A stretch of 64,000 nt of DNA from Kiritimatiellia bacterium. Lineage in GTDB: Bacteria > Verrucomicrobiota > Kiritimatiellia > RFP12 > UBA1067. A model generated the notes under the pieces. That model worked only from the letters and a program-made list of their open reading frames with translations. It made no database searches and was not told the DNA's origin. A program made the translations under genes and the position numbers. This document shows positions 45,216 through 55,366 of this stretch, piece by piece (position 1 is the first letter of the stretch; each line of letters starts with the position of its first letter). Location: NCBI GenBank assembly GCA_017395505.1, contig JAFPUH010000037.1, forward strand, positions 59,226 through 123,225. The letters are read 5' to 3'.

Positions 45216-46573
45216 TTGAGAAGATCTTTCTTTGCGGCGAGAAGCGCGCCGAGCCTTTCGGACACCGACTTGAGCATCTTCGCCTCGCGCTCCGCATAGA
45301 GGGTGTGATCGATGCCACCCGTCGTACCAGCGTGTGTCTTTGCGGCGACAGCTTCGTCAGGGCCTTCATTCTCGAGACGCTCCAGATGGTCGCGAACCTC
45401 GTGATACGCGTCGCGCCAAGGCATGCCGCCGGCAACCATCTTGAGGGCTACGTCAGTCGCGAAGACTCCGGGCGAGAACGAGGCGCGGCAACGCTCGGCA
45501 TCGAAGCCGAGCCCGGCGACGACCTTCAGCAGTATGCGCAGCGTCGTGCGCGTTATGTCGAGCCCCTTCATGTAGAGCGACTTGCAGTCCTGAAGGTCAC
45601 GGTTGTATCCGCCAGGCATCGCATGCATAAGCGTCATCGACGCGGTGCTGAGTCCGATGACCTGTGCAGTCTTCGAGCGCACGAGCTCCAGCACGTCGGG
45701 GTTGAACTTCTGCGGCATGATAGAGGAGCCTGTGCAATATTCGCGCGGAAGCTTGAAGCAGCCAAACTCCGGCATGGAGAGGAGTATCATGTCCTCCGCA
45801 AGACGCGACAGCACGATCATCAGCTGCGCGAGGGCCGAGAGCAACGACGCCTCGCATTCGCCACGCGCCATCGATGCTCCGAAGCAGTTGTGGAGCATGC
45901 GCGAAAAGCCGAGCAGCTCAGTCGTCCTCTGCCTGTCGATAGGCAAGGGCACGCCATAGCCTGCCGCAGAGCCTAACGGATTGAGATCTGCAAGGCGATA
46001 GGCGGCCTCGAGGTTCTCGATCTGATCCAGCACCATCTCGGCGTGTCCCGTGGCCCACATCTCGATGCTGGACGGCATCGCCGGCTGAAGGTGTGTGCGC
46101 CCGACGAGCGGGGTCTTGCCGCCTCGCACAGCGAAAGCCCGCAGTTCGGCTGCGAGAGCGACAGCCTCAGCCTCGGTGCGGAGCAAGGCATCCTTTATGT
46201 GAAGGCGAACGTCGACCGCGACCTGGTCGTTGCGGCTGCGGCCCGTATGTATCTTCTTGCCGAGATCGCCAAGCTCCTCGGTCAGCATGCGCTCGACGGC
46301 CATGTGCACATCCTGATCGTCCTCGCGTATCGTGAACTCGCCCTTTTCCGCAAGCTCCGATATCCTTGCGAGGGCTTTGCGGACGGACGCCGCCTCTTCT
46401 TTCGTGACAATCGGGCTCTTGAGCGGCATCTCCGAAAGCATCGTAACGTGGGCGGCCGTGCCCATGCAATCCCAAACCGCGAGGTCGAGATCCAATATGG
46501 GATCGTCCCCTACCGTATACTTCAGCACATCCTGATCGATCGTGTTGTCGGTGATGGTCTTAGCGTTCTTCAT
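45212..46573 (-). CDS. argH: Argininosuccinate lyase
   Basis: Fumarate-lyase signature GSSIMPQKFNPD and an ArgH-typical N-terminus. Confidence 0.95.
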   Translation of the reverse strand: MKNAKTITDNTIDQDVLKYTVGDDPILDLDLAVWDCMGTAAHVTMLSEMPLKSPIVTKEEAASVRKALARISELAEKGEFTIREDDQDVHMAVERMLTEELGDLGKKIHTGRSRNDQVAVDVRLHIKDALLRTEAEAVALAAELRAFAVRGGKTPLVGRTHLQPAMPSSIEMWATGHAEMVLDQIENLEAAYRLADLNPLGSAAGYGVPLPIDRQRTTELLGFSRMLHNCFGASMARGECEASLLSALAQLMIVLSRLAEDMILLSMPEFGCFKLPREYCTGSSIMPQKFNPDVLELVRSKTAQVIGLSTASMTLMHAMPGGYNRDLQDCKSLYMKGLDITRTTLRILLKVVAGLGFDAERCRASFSPGVFATDVALKMVAGGMPWRDAYHEVRDHLERLENEGPDEAVAAKTHAGTTGGIDHTLYAEREAKMLKSVSERLGALLAAKKDLLK

Positions 46574-47471
46574 TTTCGACTCCCTTGAGCATCTCTTCTG
46601 CCAAATCGAGCATCTTGCGCAGTTCTTCCGGCGGCTTCTCGCCCTTAGCCAGCTCGACGAGGAAAAGTCCGTATGTCATAACTGCAGCAGTCATCTTGTC
46701 GCCATGTCCACCGCCGAAGAGCAGAAGCTCCTTTACCTTGTTTATCGCCGCTAGGCGAACATCTGCATCGTTTGCTACGTCGATCGCCTCATCGAAAGAA
46801 AGAGACTCGTAGCGTCCGCAGAATGGCGTTCCGTGGTATTCCGGATACAGCCTCAGGCGCGAGGCGAAGTTGACGACATCCTCGTGCGAGGCGATGCCTG
46901 GCGCCAACACAGAGCGCAGCAGCTTGAGGTAGTATTCATCGTCGCGCCCCGGCTCGAATACCCCTAGCTCGCGCCAGCGTTTCAGCTCGGCGCGTTCGTC
47001 CTCTACGCGAAGAACGGGATCTGCCTCTCTCAGGCGCTTCAGGGCCGCGGCATCGTCGAGCGTCTCGCCCTTGACTGCGAGAAAGAACGCCTTTACCACG
47101 GCGACGCGCAGGGACTTCCGGTCGGAGTAGCCGGGCGCAGGCAGGCGGATTCGCGTAAAGGCGCCGCCCTTCTCGCGCTTGCCAACGCTGGCGACGACAT
47201 CTGTCACGTTCGTCCGTACGGACCCGACATGCACGATGATGCCGGGTTCTTCGAAGTGGACCGGCTTCATCATCTGCGACTTGTAGAGGGTCGTGCAGAT
47301 GTCGGATACGAACGTCGCGACAGGACCCTGATACTCGCGCCGCATGTCGGAGGGACAGTCTGCATAGACCTGGACGAGTCCATCCATATCTGTGATCGGC
47401 GGGGCCTTCAGGCGCTCGATTATCTCGGCTCGGGTGAGGGCGAAGAGCAGTATCGCGGCGAAGGTCGGCAT
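46560..47471 (-). CDS. Hypothetical secreted protein (303 aa)
   Basis: Signal-peptide-like N-terminus. Overlaps both neighbours within the operon. Confidence 0.4.
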   Translation of the reverse strand: MPTFAAILLFALTRAEIIERLKAPPITDMDGLVQVYADCPSDMRREYQGPVATFVSDICTTLYKSQMMKPVHFEEPGIIVHVGSVRTNVTDVVASVGKREKGGAFTRIRLPAPGYSDRKSLRVAVVKAFFLAVKGETLDDAAALKRLREADPVLRVEDERAELKRWRELGVFEPGRDDEYYLKLLRSVLAPGIASHEDVVNFASRLRLYPEYHGTPFCGRYESLSFDEAIDVANDADVRLAAINKVKELLLFGGGHGDKMTAAVMTYGLFLVELAKGEKPPEELRKMLDLAEEMLKGVENEER

Positions 47472-48550
47472 CAGCGTATCTTAATCAGAATGATGAGCAG
47501 TATGGGCATCACGATCAGCTGGAGCAGCGTGAAGCGCATCAGCACCTGGGCGTTGGACCAGCCGAGGTTCTTCTTGCAGTGGTCGTGCAGCGGAAAGCGT
47601 ATGCGGCGGATCACGTTATCTTCGGCTATGCCGCGTCCGCACTTCTTGGCGAGGCGCAGCAGGACGAGCTTGGCGAGGCCACCGCCGCCGTTAACCAGTA
47701 TGACTGGCGCAAACGCAAGGACGAGGAACGGGTTGCCAGTGACGAGGGAGCCAGCGCCCACGAGGATGCCAAGGAAGCGGCTGCCGGCGTCGCCCATCAG
47801 TATCTTCGAGGGTTCGGCGTTGAACCACAGGTAGCCGCCGAATCCACCGGCGACAGTCATCACAAGAATCGCCCAACGGGCGGCGTCGGGGTTGCAAGGC
47901 AGCAGGAAGTAGTGGGCGACGGGCTTGTAGCCGATCACTATGTAGAGCATCACCGCGAGAAAGACGAGCTCGATCGTGGTGAGGGTTCCAGCAAGACCGT
48001 CGACACCGTCTGAGCAGTTTGTGGCATTCATCGTGAACCACAGGACGAAGGCTGCAGCAGGAACGTAGAGCCACATCGGCACGACCCACATGCCCTTCCA
48101 GAACGGCAGCCACACCAGGGTGGAGTGTCCCTTCGCAATGAAATAGGCTATTGCGACGGCGCAAACTGCGTCGAGTAGCCCCTTCTTGAGCTCGCCCCAC
48201 GGCACTTCGGCTCGATCGTCGAGATAGCCGAAAACCATCGCGGCGTGGATCGCGACGACTGCGAGGAAATCCCAAATCGAGAGCGGCACGAAGATCAGCA
48301 CCACAGGCAACACTATGGACGAGACGAGAAAGCCAGCGCCTGTGGGCTTTCCGGCCGACGCCATGCCACCAAGGTCTTTGCAGAGAACCTTGCCACGGTC
48401 ACGAGGCAGACGGTCCCAAAGCTTGGGCAAGAGGACCCACGCGAGTATTGCGGCGGTGAAAGTTCCGCCAGCCAGCAGCAGGGCATGGGATTGCAGCAGA
48501 CGGAACGGACCCCAATATGGGGTCAGGTATTGCGAGATGTGGTATAGCAT
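47471..48550 (-). CDS. MraY/WecA-family polyprenyl-phosphate sugar-1-phosphate transferase (MraY-like, outside any dcw cluster)
   Basis: 10-TM protein with NATNCSDGVDGLAG (NAxNxxDGxDGLA motif) and an MLYH... N-terminus resembling MraY. Confidence 0.65.
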   Translation of the reverse strand: MLYHISQYLTPYWGPFRLLQSHALLLAGGTFTAAILAWVLLPKLWDRLPRDRGKVLCKDLGGMASAGKPTGAGFLVSSIVLPVVLIFVPLSIWDFLAVVAIHAAMVFGYLDDRAEVPWGELKKGLLDAVCAVAIAYFIAKGHSTLVWLPFWKGMWVVPMWLYVPAAAFVLWFTMNATNCSDGVDGLAGTLTTIELVFLAVMLYIVIGYKPVAHYFLLPCNPDAARWAILVMTVAGGFGGYLWFNAEPSKILMGDAGSRFLGILVGAGSLVTGNPFLVLAFAPVILVNGGGGLAKLVLLRLAKKCGRGIAEDNVIRRIRFPLHDHCKKNLGWSNAQVLMRFTLLQLIVMPILLIILIKIR

Positions 48551-49296
48551 TGATTTTCCTTATAAAACACTTTCCATAGAAACAGTCCACGGGCAGGCGC
48601 AGTCTCGACACGAGCAGTGCGAGGCGTCGCAGCCTCGAGCAGCTCGCGCACGGCCTCCGGCGTTTCGTTGCCCTTGCCCACCGAAATCAGAAAGCCGACC
48701 ATCGAGCGCACCTGCTTGTAGAGAAAGCCGTCGCCTCGCACGATGAAGACGTATTTATGGCCGGAGCGCCTGACATCGAACGAGAAGATCGTCCTTACAG
48801 TCGTCTCGAGCTCGCGGTTGGGGTTCGCGGCGAACGAGACGAAATCGTGCTTTCCGACGAAAAAGGCGGCGGCCTTCTGCATCGCCTTCAGGTCGAGCGG
48901 ACGGTGGCAGAACGTCCAATATGGCACGAGATGGGGCGGCAGTATGTCGGCCTGATACAGTTGATAGCGGTATTCCTTGCCCTTGGCCGAGAGACGGGCG
49001 TCGAAGCGGTCGTCCGCATAGGACGCCTTTAGTATGCGAACGCTCTCAGGCAGACGCGAATTCATCGCACGCACGAGGTTCTTGGGCGGAATCGGCTTTG
49101 TCAGGCGGAAGTGTCCCACAAACCCCTTCGCATGCACCCCGGCGTCAGTGCGCGACGAGCCGAAGATTCTAACGGGCTCGCCCTCAAGATAGGCGAGAAC
49201 CTCCTCGACCACCTGCTGCACGCCAACGGCATTCTCCTGGTACTGCCAGCCGGAAAATCCCGTGCCGTCGTAAGCGATTACAACCTTGTACTTCAC
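48523..49296 (-). CDS. truA: tRNA pseudouridine(38-40) synthase
   Basis: Catalytic Asp motif GSSRTDAGVHA. Typical TruA length. Confidence 0.9.
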   Translation of the reverse strand: MKYKVVIAYDGTGFSGWQYQENAVGVQQVVEEVLAYLEGEPVRIFGSSRTDAGVHAKGFVGHFRLTKPIPPKNLVRAMNSRLPESVRILKASYADDRFDARLSAKGKEYRYQLYQADILPPHLVPYWTFCHRPLDLKAMQKAAAFFVGKHDFVSFAANPNRELETTVRTIFSFDVRRSGHKYVFIVRGDGFLYKQVRSMVGFLISVGKGNETPEAVRELLEAATPRTARVETAPARGLFLWKVFYKENQCYTTSRNT

Positions 49297-50288
49297 GCCT
49301 TGATCTTCTTCAACTCCCCGGCGCGGGACTTCGGCACTACAAGAACAGCGTCCTTCGTTGCTACGACAATCATGTCGCTCACGCCCAGCACGCGGATCTT
49401 CGGGCCCTTAGAAACGCAGATGTTGCCGGAACTCTCGACAAGGGCGCAGTCGCCGTCTGCGACGTTTCCAGCCTCGTCATGCGGATAGTAGCGCTCGAAG
49501 GCGCCGTAGCCACCGACATCGTCCCAGCCGAAATCGCCAGGCACAACCGCAACTCCGCCAGAACGCGATAGAGCCTCCATCACAGCGAAGTCGAACGATA
49601 TCTTGGGCAGCGGCTCGTATACCCTGCGAAGCTGGCAAGTCCTCAGACTCACTCCGGCACAGAGCGGCAGAAGGTCGGGAGCGTTTGCGGCGAACGCCTC
49701 GCGGAATGTCTCGACGCGGCCGATGAACATTCCAGCGTTCCAGAGGTAGCCTTTCTTCACATAGGTCTTCGCATTCTCGACATCCGGCTTCTCGACGAAG
49801 CGGCCCGACTTAGGGTCGACATACCCGAACGCCGTCGACGGGCACGAGGGCATTATGCCGAGGGTGACGATCTTAGGCTCGGCGTTAGCGAGCGCGATCG
49901 CCTGCCTGACGACGCTCTGGAAGCGCCTCACATCGCCAACCAGCTGGTCAGAAGAGAACACGCCCATTACGCCATCTGCGCAAAGGCCTGTCGACAGCGC
50001 TATGGCCGCGCCCGTATCGCGGCGCATCGGCTCGCCTACAATGTTTGCTTTCGATATCTCGGGCAGTTCGCGCCTGGTGGCCGTTACCAGATTGCGCGAA
50101 GTTACGATGAACAGATTCTCAGGCGCGACGAGTCCCTTCAGTCGCGAAACGGCCTGGCGTATGAGGCTCTCGCCGCCGAACACGTTCAGGAACTGCTTAG
50201 GCCTCTCCGGAGTCGATAGCGGCCAGAAGCGTTCGCCTGAGCCGCCGGCCAGAATTACGGCCTTGAAATCAGTAGAGTTTTGTGCCAT
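49293..50288 (-). CDS. Sugar-phosphate nucleotidyltransferase (mannose-1-phosphate guanylyltransferase-like)
   Basis: N-terminal ILAGGSGERFWPLS motif of NTP-transferase family. Confidence 0.7.
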   Translation of the reverse strand: MAQNSTDFKAVILAGGSGERFWPLSTPERPKQFLNVFGGESLIRQAVSRLKGLVAPENLFIVTSRNLVTATRRELPEISKANIVGEPMRRDTGAAIALSTGLCADGVMGVFSSDQLVGDVRRFQSVVRQAIALANAEPKIVTLGIMPSCPSTAFGYVDPKSGRFVEKPDVENAKTYVKKGYLWNAGMFIGRVETFREAFAANAPDLLPLCAGVSLRTCQLRRVYEPLPKISFDFAVMEALSRSGGVAVVPGDFGWDDVGGYGAFERYYPHDEAGNVADGDCALVESSGNICVSKGPKIRVLGVSDMIVVATKDAVLVVPKSRAGELKKIKA

Positions 50289-53200
50289 AGACGAGAATCT
50301 TGTTGAGATGGAAGAAATCCTTTCGGGCGCCGGCCTTGCGGCTCACGCGCACCTGACGGGTGCAGTTGCCGCCACCCCTGAGATCAACCCTGTATGTCTC
50401 CTGCGCCTTGTCGGACGCGAACACCTGACGCCACTCGCTGCCGTCCTCGGAGATCTCGACGACAATCGGCACCTGCCTGTTGCCGTTGACACCGCCAAAG
50501 CGGTTTTCGATAAGCACGCCCTTCACGTCCGTAGGACCGGCGAGGAACACCGTAGCCCAGGGACTCTCCTCGCTCTCGGTATGGAAGGCGCCCTCGCTGC
50601 ACGCGGACTCGTCGATTGCGAGCGGATAGCGCGCAGGCTTGTCGTGTCCGCAAGTGGACGATGTCTGCAGCAGACCGTCCTTGCTGACGAGGTCGCCGCC
50701 GAAATCCTTCAGAGGATACTTCTGACCGCCCTTGGGCAGGGGTTGAAGCTTCTCCTGCAGCTTGACGATGTTGCGGAACGCCTCGATGTTGCCGTTCTTG
50801 CTCGCGGCGAGCAGCATCGGGCCGAAGTTCATCCCGCTGCCATCGCCGTCCTTGGCGTCCTTCGTCTTGGCGGCGACAGCTTCGTTTATGCACTGCGTGA
50901 AGAGCTTCGAGCCCTGGGCACTCTTCGTGAAGAAGTCGCTGCCCCAACCCATCGTCTGGGAGAAATAGTCTGACGTGCCATACTGCGCCTCAAGCATCGC
51001 CTTGAGCACGTCGTAGCGCATCTGCATGTCGTCGCCGAGCGACTCGCCCCATGTTGCAAGGACGGTGCTGAAGTCGGCCTCCTCCTCGATGCGGGTGTTG
51101 CCCTGCTTGAGGAGAGGAGCGAATGCGATCAGCTCATCCTTGAGCGCAGGCTTGCCCTTCTCCTTCGCGACGCGCTGGAAGTAGGGCGTAAGGATGTTCC
51201 AGAGAGGCTGGCGACCGGACTTCATGCCGCGGGCGCAGCCGCGAACCCACACGCGCAGCAGGTCGAGCGGTGTGTTCGAGCGCATCAGCCACTCGCCATA
51301 CTCGTGCCACGCGCCGTAGTGGTCGGGCTTCGCGGCGCATGCGTGCTGATAGAAGGCCTCAATCAGCTTGCGGTCGCGCTTGGACTCCTCGGCGAGGTGA
51401 GCCAGCGCAATCATGCGGTCAGCCGCAAGGCGCGTCTCGCGATCGCCTGAGAATGTTCCCTCGAGCGCCGGAGTGTACTGCCACTCGTGCTTGTTCCAGA
51501 AGCACATGTGCATCTGCGAATGGCCTGTCACGTTGTAGTTGATCTCCCACTTGCCGCTTGGCAGACGACGAGAATAGGCGCAGTGGCCAGGCTGTCCGAC
51601 GGTCGTCGAGGGCATTCCGTGCGAGTTTGCGATGGCGCTGCCGAACTTGGAGAGCTCTCCGCAGACGCCGCCGACCATCTGCGACATCTTGCGCTTGGGC
51701 CACTCGCCGGCCGTGGACCAGGGCTTGTAGTACCAAGGCCCGTGCACCGAGTCGCCGAAGCAGTTCTTCAGACGATAGACAATCATCCACGGCGTTCCGC
51801 CGTACTCGCGCACCGGCAGGTTGACGAACTTCTCGAGATGGCGCTGCTGGTTGGCCATGTCGTCGCAGCTGCCGGTAGCGTGCCCCTGATGCACTGCGAA
51901 GCGCCAGAGCCACACCGGCTGGTCGTAGGCCGACTTGTGCAGTCTCCCTGTGAGCGCGCTCGAGCGGTAGGCGTCGAGCACGTCGGCAAGCCACGCTTCG
52001 TCCTTGTCGGGGTAGACCTGGGCGAGCGCCGTCATGAAGCGGCGGCCTTCGTTATCCTCAAACTTGCCGTTGTCGTACTCGACCCACCTGCCGTTGTCCT
52101 GATAGATGAGCGATTCGAGGGCGAGTATGGCCTTGGCACCGTCGCCAGGCGCAGTTCCTGCATAAGCCCATGCGTCGGTGCTGTTCTCGGGGAAGGTTCC
52201 GCTCCACGCGAAATCCTCGAGCCACGCGCGGTCGTTTATGAATGCCTTCACGAACTTCTCGCTGCCGGGACGGCCTGTAAGATCCTGCCAGCCCTTCTGC
52301 CCGATGAGACGCAGCGCCGCATACTGCGCAATCGCCAGCTTCTGGGGCTCGGTCAACTTCGCGCCGGGCTTTATGGACGATATCTGGCGCTTCGCGTAGT
52401 CGAGCTTGAACTCCTCGGGAATTCCGGACGAACCAGCGCCGCGCGGCCTGACGGCGGCGTGCTTGAGACCCTTCGACTCGATCTTCTCGCCTTCGAGCAT
52501 GAGACGGCCCATCGCGAACTGCCCCCACAAAGTGTTGCGACCAAGGGCGAAGACCTCCTTCATCAACGTCTTCTGCGCTGGAGTGAGCGGCTTGTCGGTT
52601 CCCTCCTGGGTGAGGGCGTACTCCATTATCTTCACCCACTGCTTCTGGTTGGCGTTGAAGTGCTTCTGGGGCAGCGACTTGGCCTTGGCGACCATCTGCT
52701 CGGCCTTCGCGCGGTTGCCGTCAGCCTTCAGGTTGGTGACTGTCTCGACCTGAGCAACTGTCTTGTATTCGTCGAGGTCGAAGTGCGCGAGCCAGCCATA
52801 CCTGTCGCCGGCATCGAGCTTGACGAGCGCGTCCCACTCCTTGCGCCAGCCGTTGTTGCCGGTCGTAAGCTCGCTGAAATGGAACGGACCCATCTGCTTG
52901 GCGAGAATGTCGAAGCCTCGTCCATAGAGGTCGGCGGCCTCCTCGGGGGCGGACGTCTTCTCTGCCTTCTTGAAGAGCGCGACGACCTCGTCCTTCTTCT
53001 TCGTCAGGTTGCCTATCGCCTTGGCCAGCTTCTCGCCGGTCGCGCTCATCGGCACGTTCTCGATCTGCGCGAACACACAGAGATCCTTGCCGTTCGCCGC
53101 ATAGCAGGTGATCGCAGGAAAGCGCTTCGTGCGTATCAGGATCGGCTTTACGCGCTCGTTGGCTGAGCGGACGGCGTCGGTCAGATTGTCCATGTCGTCA

Positions 53201-53418
53201 TAGACGCCGGTCACATATTTGGAGTCGACTGCCTTGCTACGCAGAAACGCCGTAGACTCGAAAGCCTTGCGGACGCTTTCGCCGCTTACACACCAGTCGC
53301 TGCCGCACTGGAGAACGAGCACACCCTTGCCGGTACGCAAGGCTTCGGCATCAATCGACTGCGCTGAACGCGCCTCGACCGCGAGAAACGCGGCGAGCAA
53401 TACAAGCATTGTTCTCAT
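50269..53418 (-). CDS. Large secreted protein (1049 aa): N-terminal thioredoxin-like segment (CGSDWC), a central candidate transglutaminase-like Cys/His core, and a C-terminal F5/8-type-C (discoidin)-like domain
   Basis: Start at internal ATG 53418 (MRTMLVLLAAFLAVEARSA, signal peptide). TGGTATAAT sits 6 nt upstream, suggesting a leaderless transcript. Motifs GVCGELSKFG...HCAYS and a C-terminal NRFGGVNGNRQVPIVVEISEDGSEW. The 77-codon upstream extension in the track is rejected. Confidence 0.65.
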   Translation of the reverse strand: MRTMLVLLAAFLAVEARSAQSIDAEALRTGKGVLVLQCGSDWCVSGESVRKAFESTAFLRSKAVDSKYVTGVYDDMDNLTDAVRSANERVKPILIRTKRFPAITCYAANGKDLCVFAQIENVPMSATGEKLAKAIGNLTKKKDEVVALFKKAEKTSAPEEAADLYGRGFDILAKQMGPFHFSELTTGNNGWRKEWDALVKLDAGDRYGWLAHFDLDEYKTVAQVETVTNLKADGNRAKAEQMVAKAKSLPQKHFNANQKQWVKIMEYALTQEGTDKPLTPAQKTLMKEVFALGRNTLWGQFAMGRLMLEGEKIESKGLKHAAVRPRGAGSSGIPEEFKLDYAKRQISSIKPGAKLTEPQKLAIAQYAALRLIGQKGWQDLTGRPGSEKFVKAFINDRAWLEDFAWSGTFPENSTDAWAYAGTAPGDGAKAILALESLIYQDNGRWVEYDNGKFEDNEGRRFMTALAQVYPDKDEAWLADVLDAYRSSALTGRLHKSAYDQPVWLWRFAVHQGHATGSCDDMANQQRHLEKFVNLPVREYGGTPWMIVYRLKNCFGDSVHGPWYYKPWSTAGEWPKRKMSQMVGGVCGELSKFGSAIANSHGMPSTTVGQPGHCAYSRRLPSGKWEINYNVTGHSQMHMCFWNKHEWQYTPALEGTFSGDRETRLAADRMIALAHLAEESKRDRKLIEAFYQHACAAKPDHYGAWHEYGEWLMRSNTPLDLLRVWVRGCARGMKSGRQPLWNILTPYFQRVAKEKGKPALKDELIAFAPLLKQGNTRIEEEADFSTVLATWGESLGDDMQMRYDVLKAMLEAQYGTSDYFSQTMGWGSDFFTKSAQGSKLFTQCINEAVAAKTKDAKDGDGSGMNFGPMLLAASKNGNIEAFRNIVKLQEKLQPLPKGGQKYPLKDFGGDLVSKDGLLQTSSTCGHDKPARYPLAIDESACSEGAFHTESEESPWATVFLAGPTDVKGVLIENRFGGVNGNRQVPIVVEISEDGSEWRQVFASDKAQETYRVDLRGGGNCTRQVRVSRKAGARKDFFHLNKILVYGTKLY

Positions 53419-53460
53419 GTGAGTATTATACCAAATCCCCATACAGACAGGCAACCGCAC

Positions 53461-53497
53461 AAAAAAAGCAAGCCCCCGCACAACTTGGTGCGAGGGC
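53461..53497 (-). terminator. Rho-independent terminator after hndD
   Basis: Minus strand shows GCCCTCGCACCAAGTTGTGCGGGGGC followed by TTGCTTTTTTT. Confidence 0.6.
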
Positions 53498-53542
53498 CAG
53501 CTTTTGAGTCGAGCCGGCGGCTGTTCCGCCGTCGGCAACACC

Positions 53543-55345
53543 TTACTTGGCGAAGGTGTAGACGTCGACCTTCTTGTAGCCGGTGTGCAGCAAGTGGTGA
53601 GCCTTCTCGCCGCCCTGCGCACCGGTCTTGCCGTCGAGGAAGTCGGCATAGAGCGACTGGACCTCTGGGTTGAGGTGCGACATGCGCAGAGTGCACTTCT
53701 CGTCGTCGGTGTAGATGCCGGCGGTGCGCTTGGCGCGGACTTCGTCCGTCGCGAGGCAGGGCTGTCCGCCGCCGCCGATGCAGCCGCCGCGGCACGCCAT
53801 AACTTCGATGAAGTCGAAGCGAGGCTTGACGCCGTTCTTGCGGTCTTCGCGGATCATATCGAGCACCTTCTCGACGTTGCCCATCTGGTGAGCGACGGCG
53901 ATATTGACCTTCGTGCCCTTGATGTCGATCGTCGCGGTCTTGACGCCTTCCATTCCGCGCACTTCCTTGAAGTCGATGCTCGGAGGCTGGGCGTCGCCAG
54001 TGATGAGGCAGTAGGCCGTGCGGAGCGCGGCTTCCATGACGCCGCCGGTGACGCCGAAGATCGTGCCAGCGCCGGTGTAGGCGCCGAGCAGCTTGTCGGC
54101 GGGCTCTTCAGGCAGCGACGCGAAGTCGATGCCGGCGGCCTTGATCATGCGGGCGAGCTCGCGGGTCGTGAGGACGACGTCGGTATCCTGGAAGCCGGTG
54201 GAGTTCATGTGCTCGTCGCGGATGATCTCGTGCTTCTTCGCCGTGCAGGGCATGATCGAGGTGACGTGAACCTTCGCGGGATCGACACCGTTCTTCTCGG
54301 GCCAGTAGCTCTTGGCGAGAGCGGAGAGCATCTGCTGGGGCGACTTCGCGGTCGAGAAGTTCTCGGTGAAGTCGGGAGCATACTTCTCCATCCAATCGGT
54401 CCACGCAGGGCAGCAGCTGGTGAGGAGCGGAAGCTGTCCACCCTCGGTGAAGCGCTTGATGAACTCGGTGCCTTCCTCCATGATCGTGACGTCAGCCGAG
54501 AAGTTCGTATCGAACACCTGGTTGAAGCCGAGGCGACGGAGCGCGGCGTAGATCTTGCCGGTCGTGAGCGAGCCGGGAGCCATGCCGAAGGCCTCGCCGA
54601 GCGCGACGCGGACAGCAGGGGCTATCTGCACGAGGCAGACCTTTTCGGGGTCCTGCAGCGCAGCCCAGACCTTCTTGGTCTCGTCGTTCTCGTAGATCGC
54701 GCCCACGGGGCAGTGCGCGGAGCACTGGCCGCACTTGATGCAGGGCGACTCGGCGAGCTTGACGCCGGCGGCGGGGGCCATCACGGTCTTCTCGCCGCGG
54801 CCGATGAACTCGAGCGCCCAGACGTTCTGCATCTCCTGGCACACCTCGGCGCAGCGGCCGCACTTGATGCACTTGTCGGAGTTGAGGACGATCGACGGCG
54901 TGGAGTTGTCGATGTCGCGGTGGATGACCTCGCGCGGGAACGGGATGTCGCGGATGCCGAAGTCGGCGGCGATGTCCTGAAGCTCGCAAGAGCCGGAACG
55001 CGGGCACTGCAGACAGTCCTGCGGATGGTTCGCGAGGATGAGCTCGAGAACGGTGCGGCGAACCTGCACGATATCAGGGTCGTGGGTGATGATCTTCATG
55101 CCCTCGGTGGCCTCGGTGCAGCACGCACGCAGAAGCTTCGGGCTCGGGACGAACTTGCCGGGCTCGGTGCGCGAAGGCACGAGCTGGCGGACGACGCAGA
55201 TGCCGCAGCTTGCGCCGGGCTTGAGGTCGGGGTGGTAGCAGAGCGTCGGAATCTTGATGTTCGCGGCGCGAGCGGCGACGAGGAGGTTGGAGCCCTTCGG
55301 GACTTCGACCGCAACGCCGTTGACTTCGAGTTTAACCATATCCAT
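53543..55345 (-). CDS. hndD: [FeFe]-hydrogenase catalytic subunit (HndD/HydA type; N-terminal 2Fe-2S, 4Fe-4S clusters and H-cluster)
   Basis: H-cluster motifs TSCCPAW, MPCTAKK, CxxGGCIGGGG. N-terminal 2Fe-2S ferredoxin-like domain. Confidence 0.9.
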   Translation of the reverse strand: MDMVKLEVNGVAVEVPKGSNLLVAARAANIKIPTLCYHPDLKPGASCGICVVRQLVPSRTEPGKFVPSPKLLRACCTEATEGMKIITHDPDIVQVRRTVLELILANHPQDCLQCPRSGSCELQDIAADFGIRDIPFPREVIHRDIDNSTPSIVLNSDKCIKCGRCAEVCQEMQNVWALEFIGRGEKTVMAPAAGVKLAESPCIKCGQCSAHCPVGAIYENDETKKVWAALQDPEKVCLVQIAPAVRVALGEAFGMAPGSLTTGKIYAALRRLGFNQVFDTNFSADVTIMEEGTEFIKRFTEGGQLPLLTSCCPAWTDWMEKYAPDFTENFSTAKSPQQMLSALAKSYWPEKNGVDPAKVHVTSIMPCTAKKHEIIRDEHMNSTGFQDTDVVLTTRELARMIKAAGIDFASLPEEPADKLLGAYTGAGTIFGVTGGVMEAALRTAYCLITGDAQPPSIDFKEVRGMEGVKTATIDIKGTKVNIAVAHQMGNVEKVLDMIREDRKNGVKPRFDFIEVMACRGGCIGGGGQPCLATDEVRAKRTAGIYTDDEKCTLRMSHLNPEVQSLYADFLDGKTGAQGGEKAHHLLHTGYKKVDVYTFAK

Positions 55346-55366
55346 GTTGAAAGTTCCTTTCCTCTC

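Noticed and set aside
53419-53649. 77-codon upstream extension of the large secreted protein ORF
   Set aside because: The signal peptide begins at the internal Met (MRTMLVLLAAF). An extended -10 lies 6 nt before that ATG, so the extension would have to be transcribed from upstream of its own promoter.
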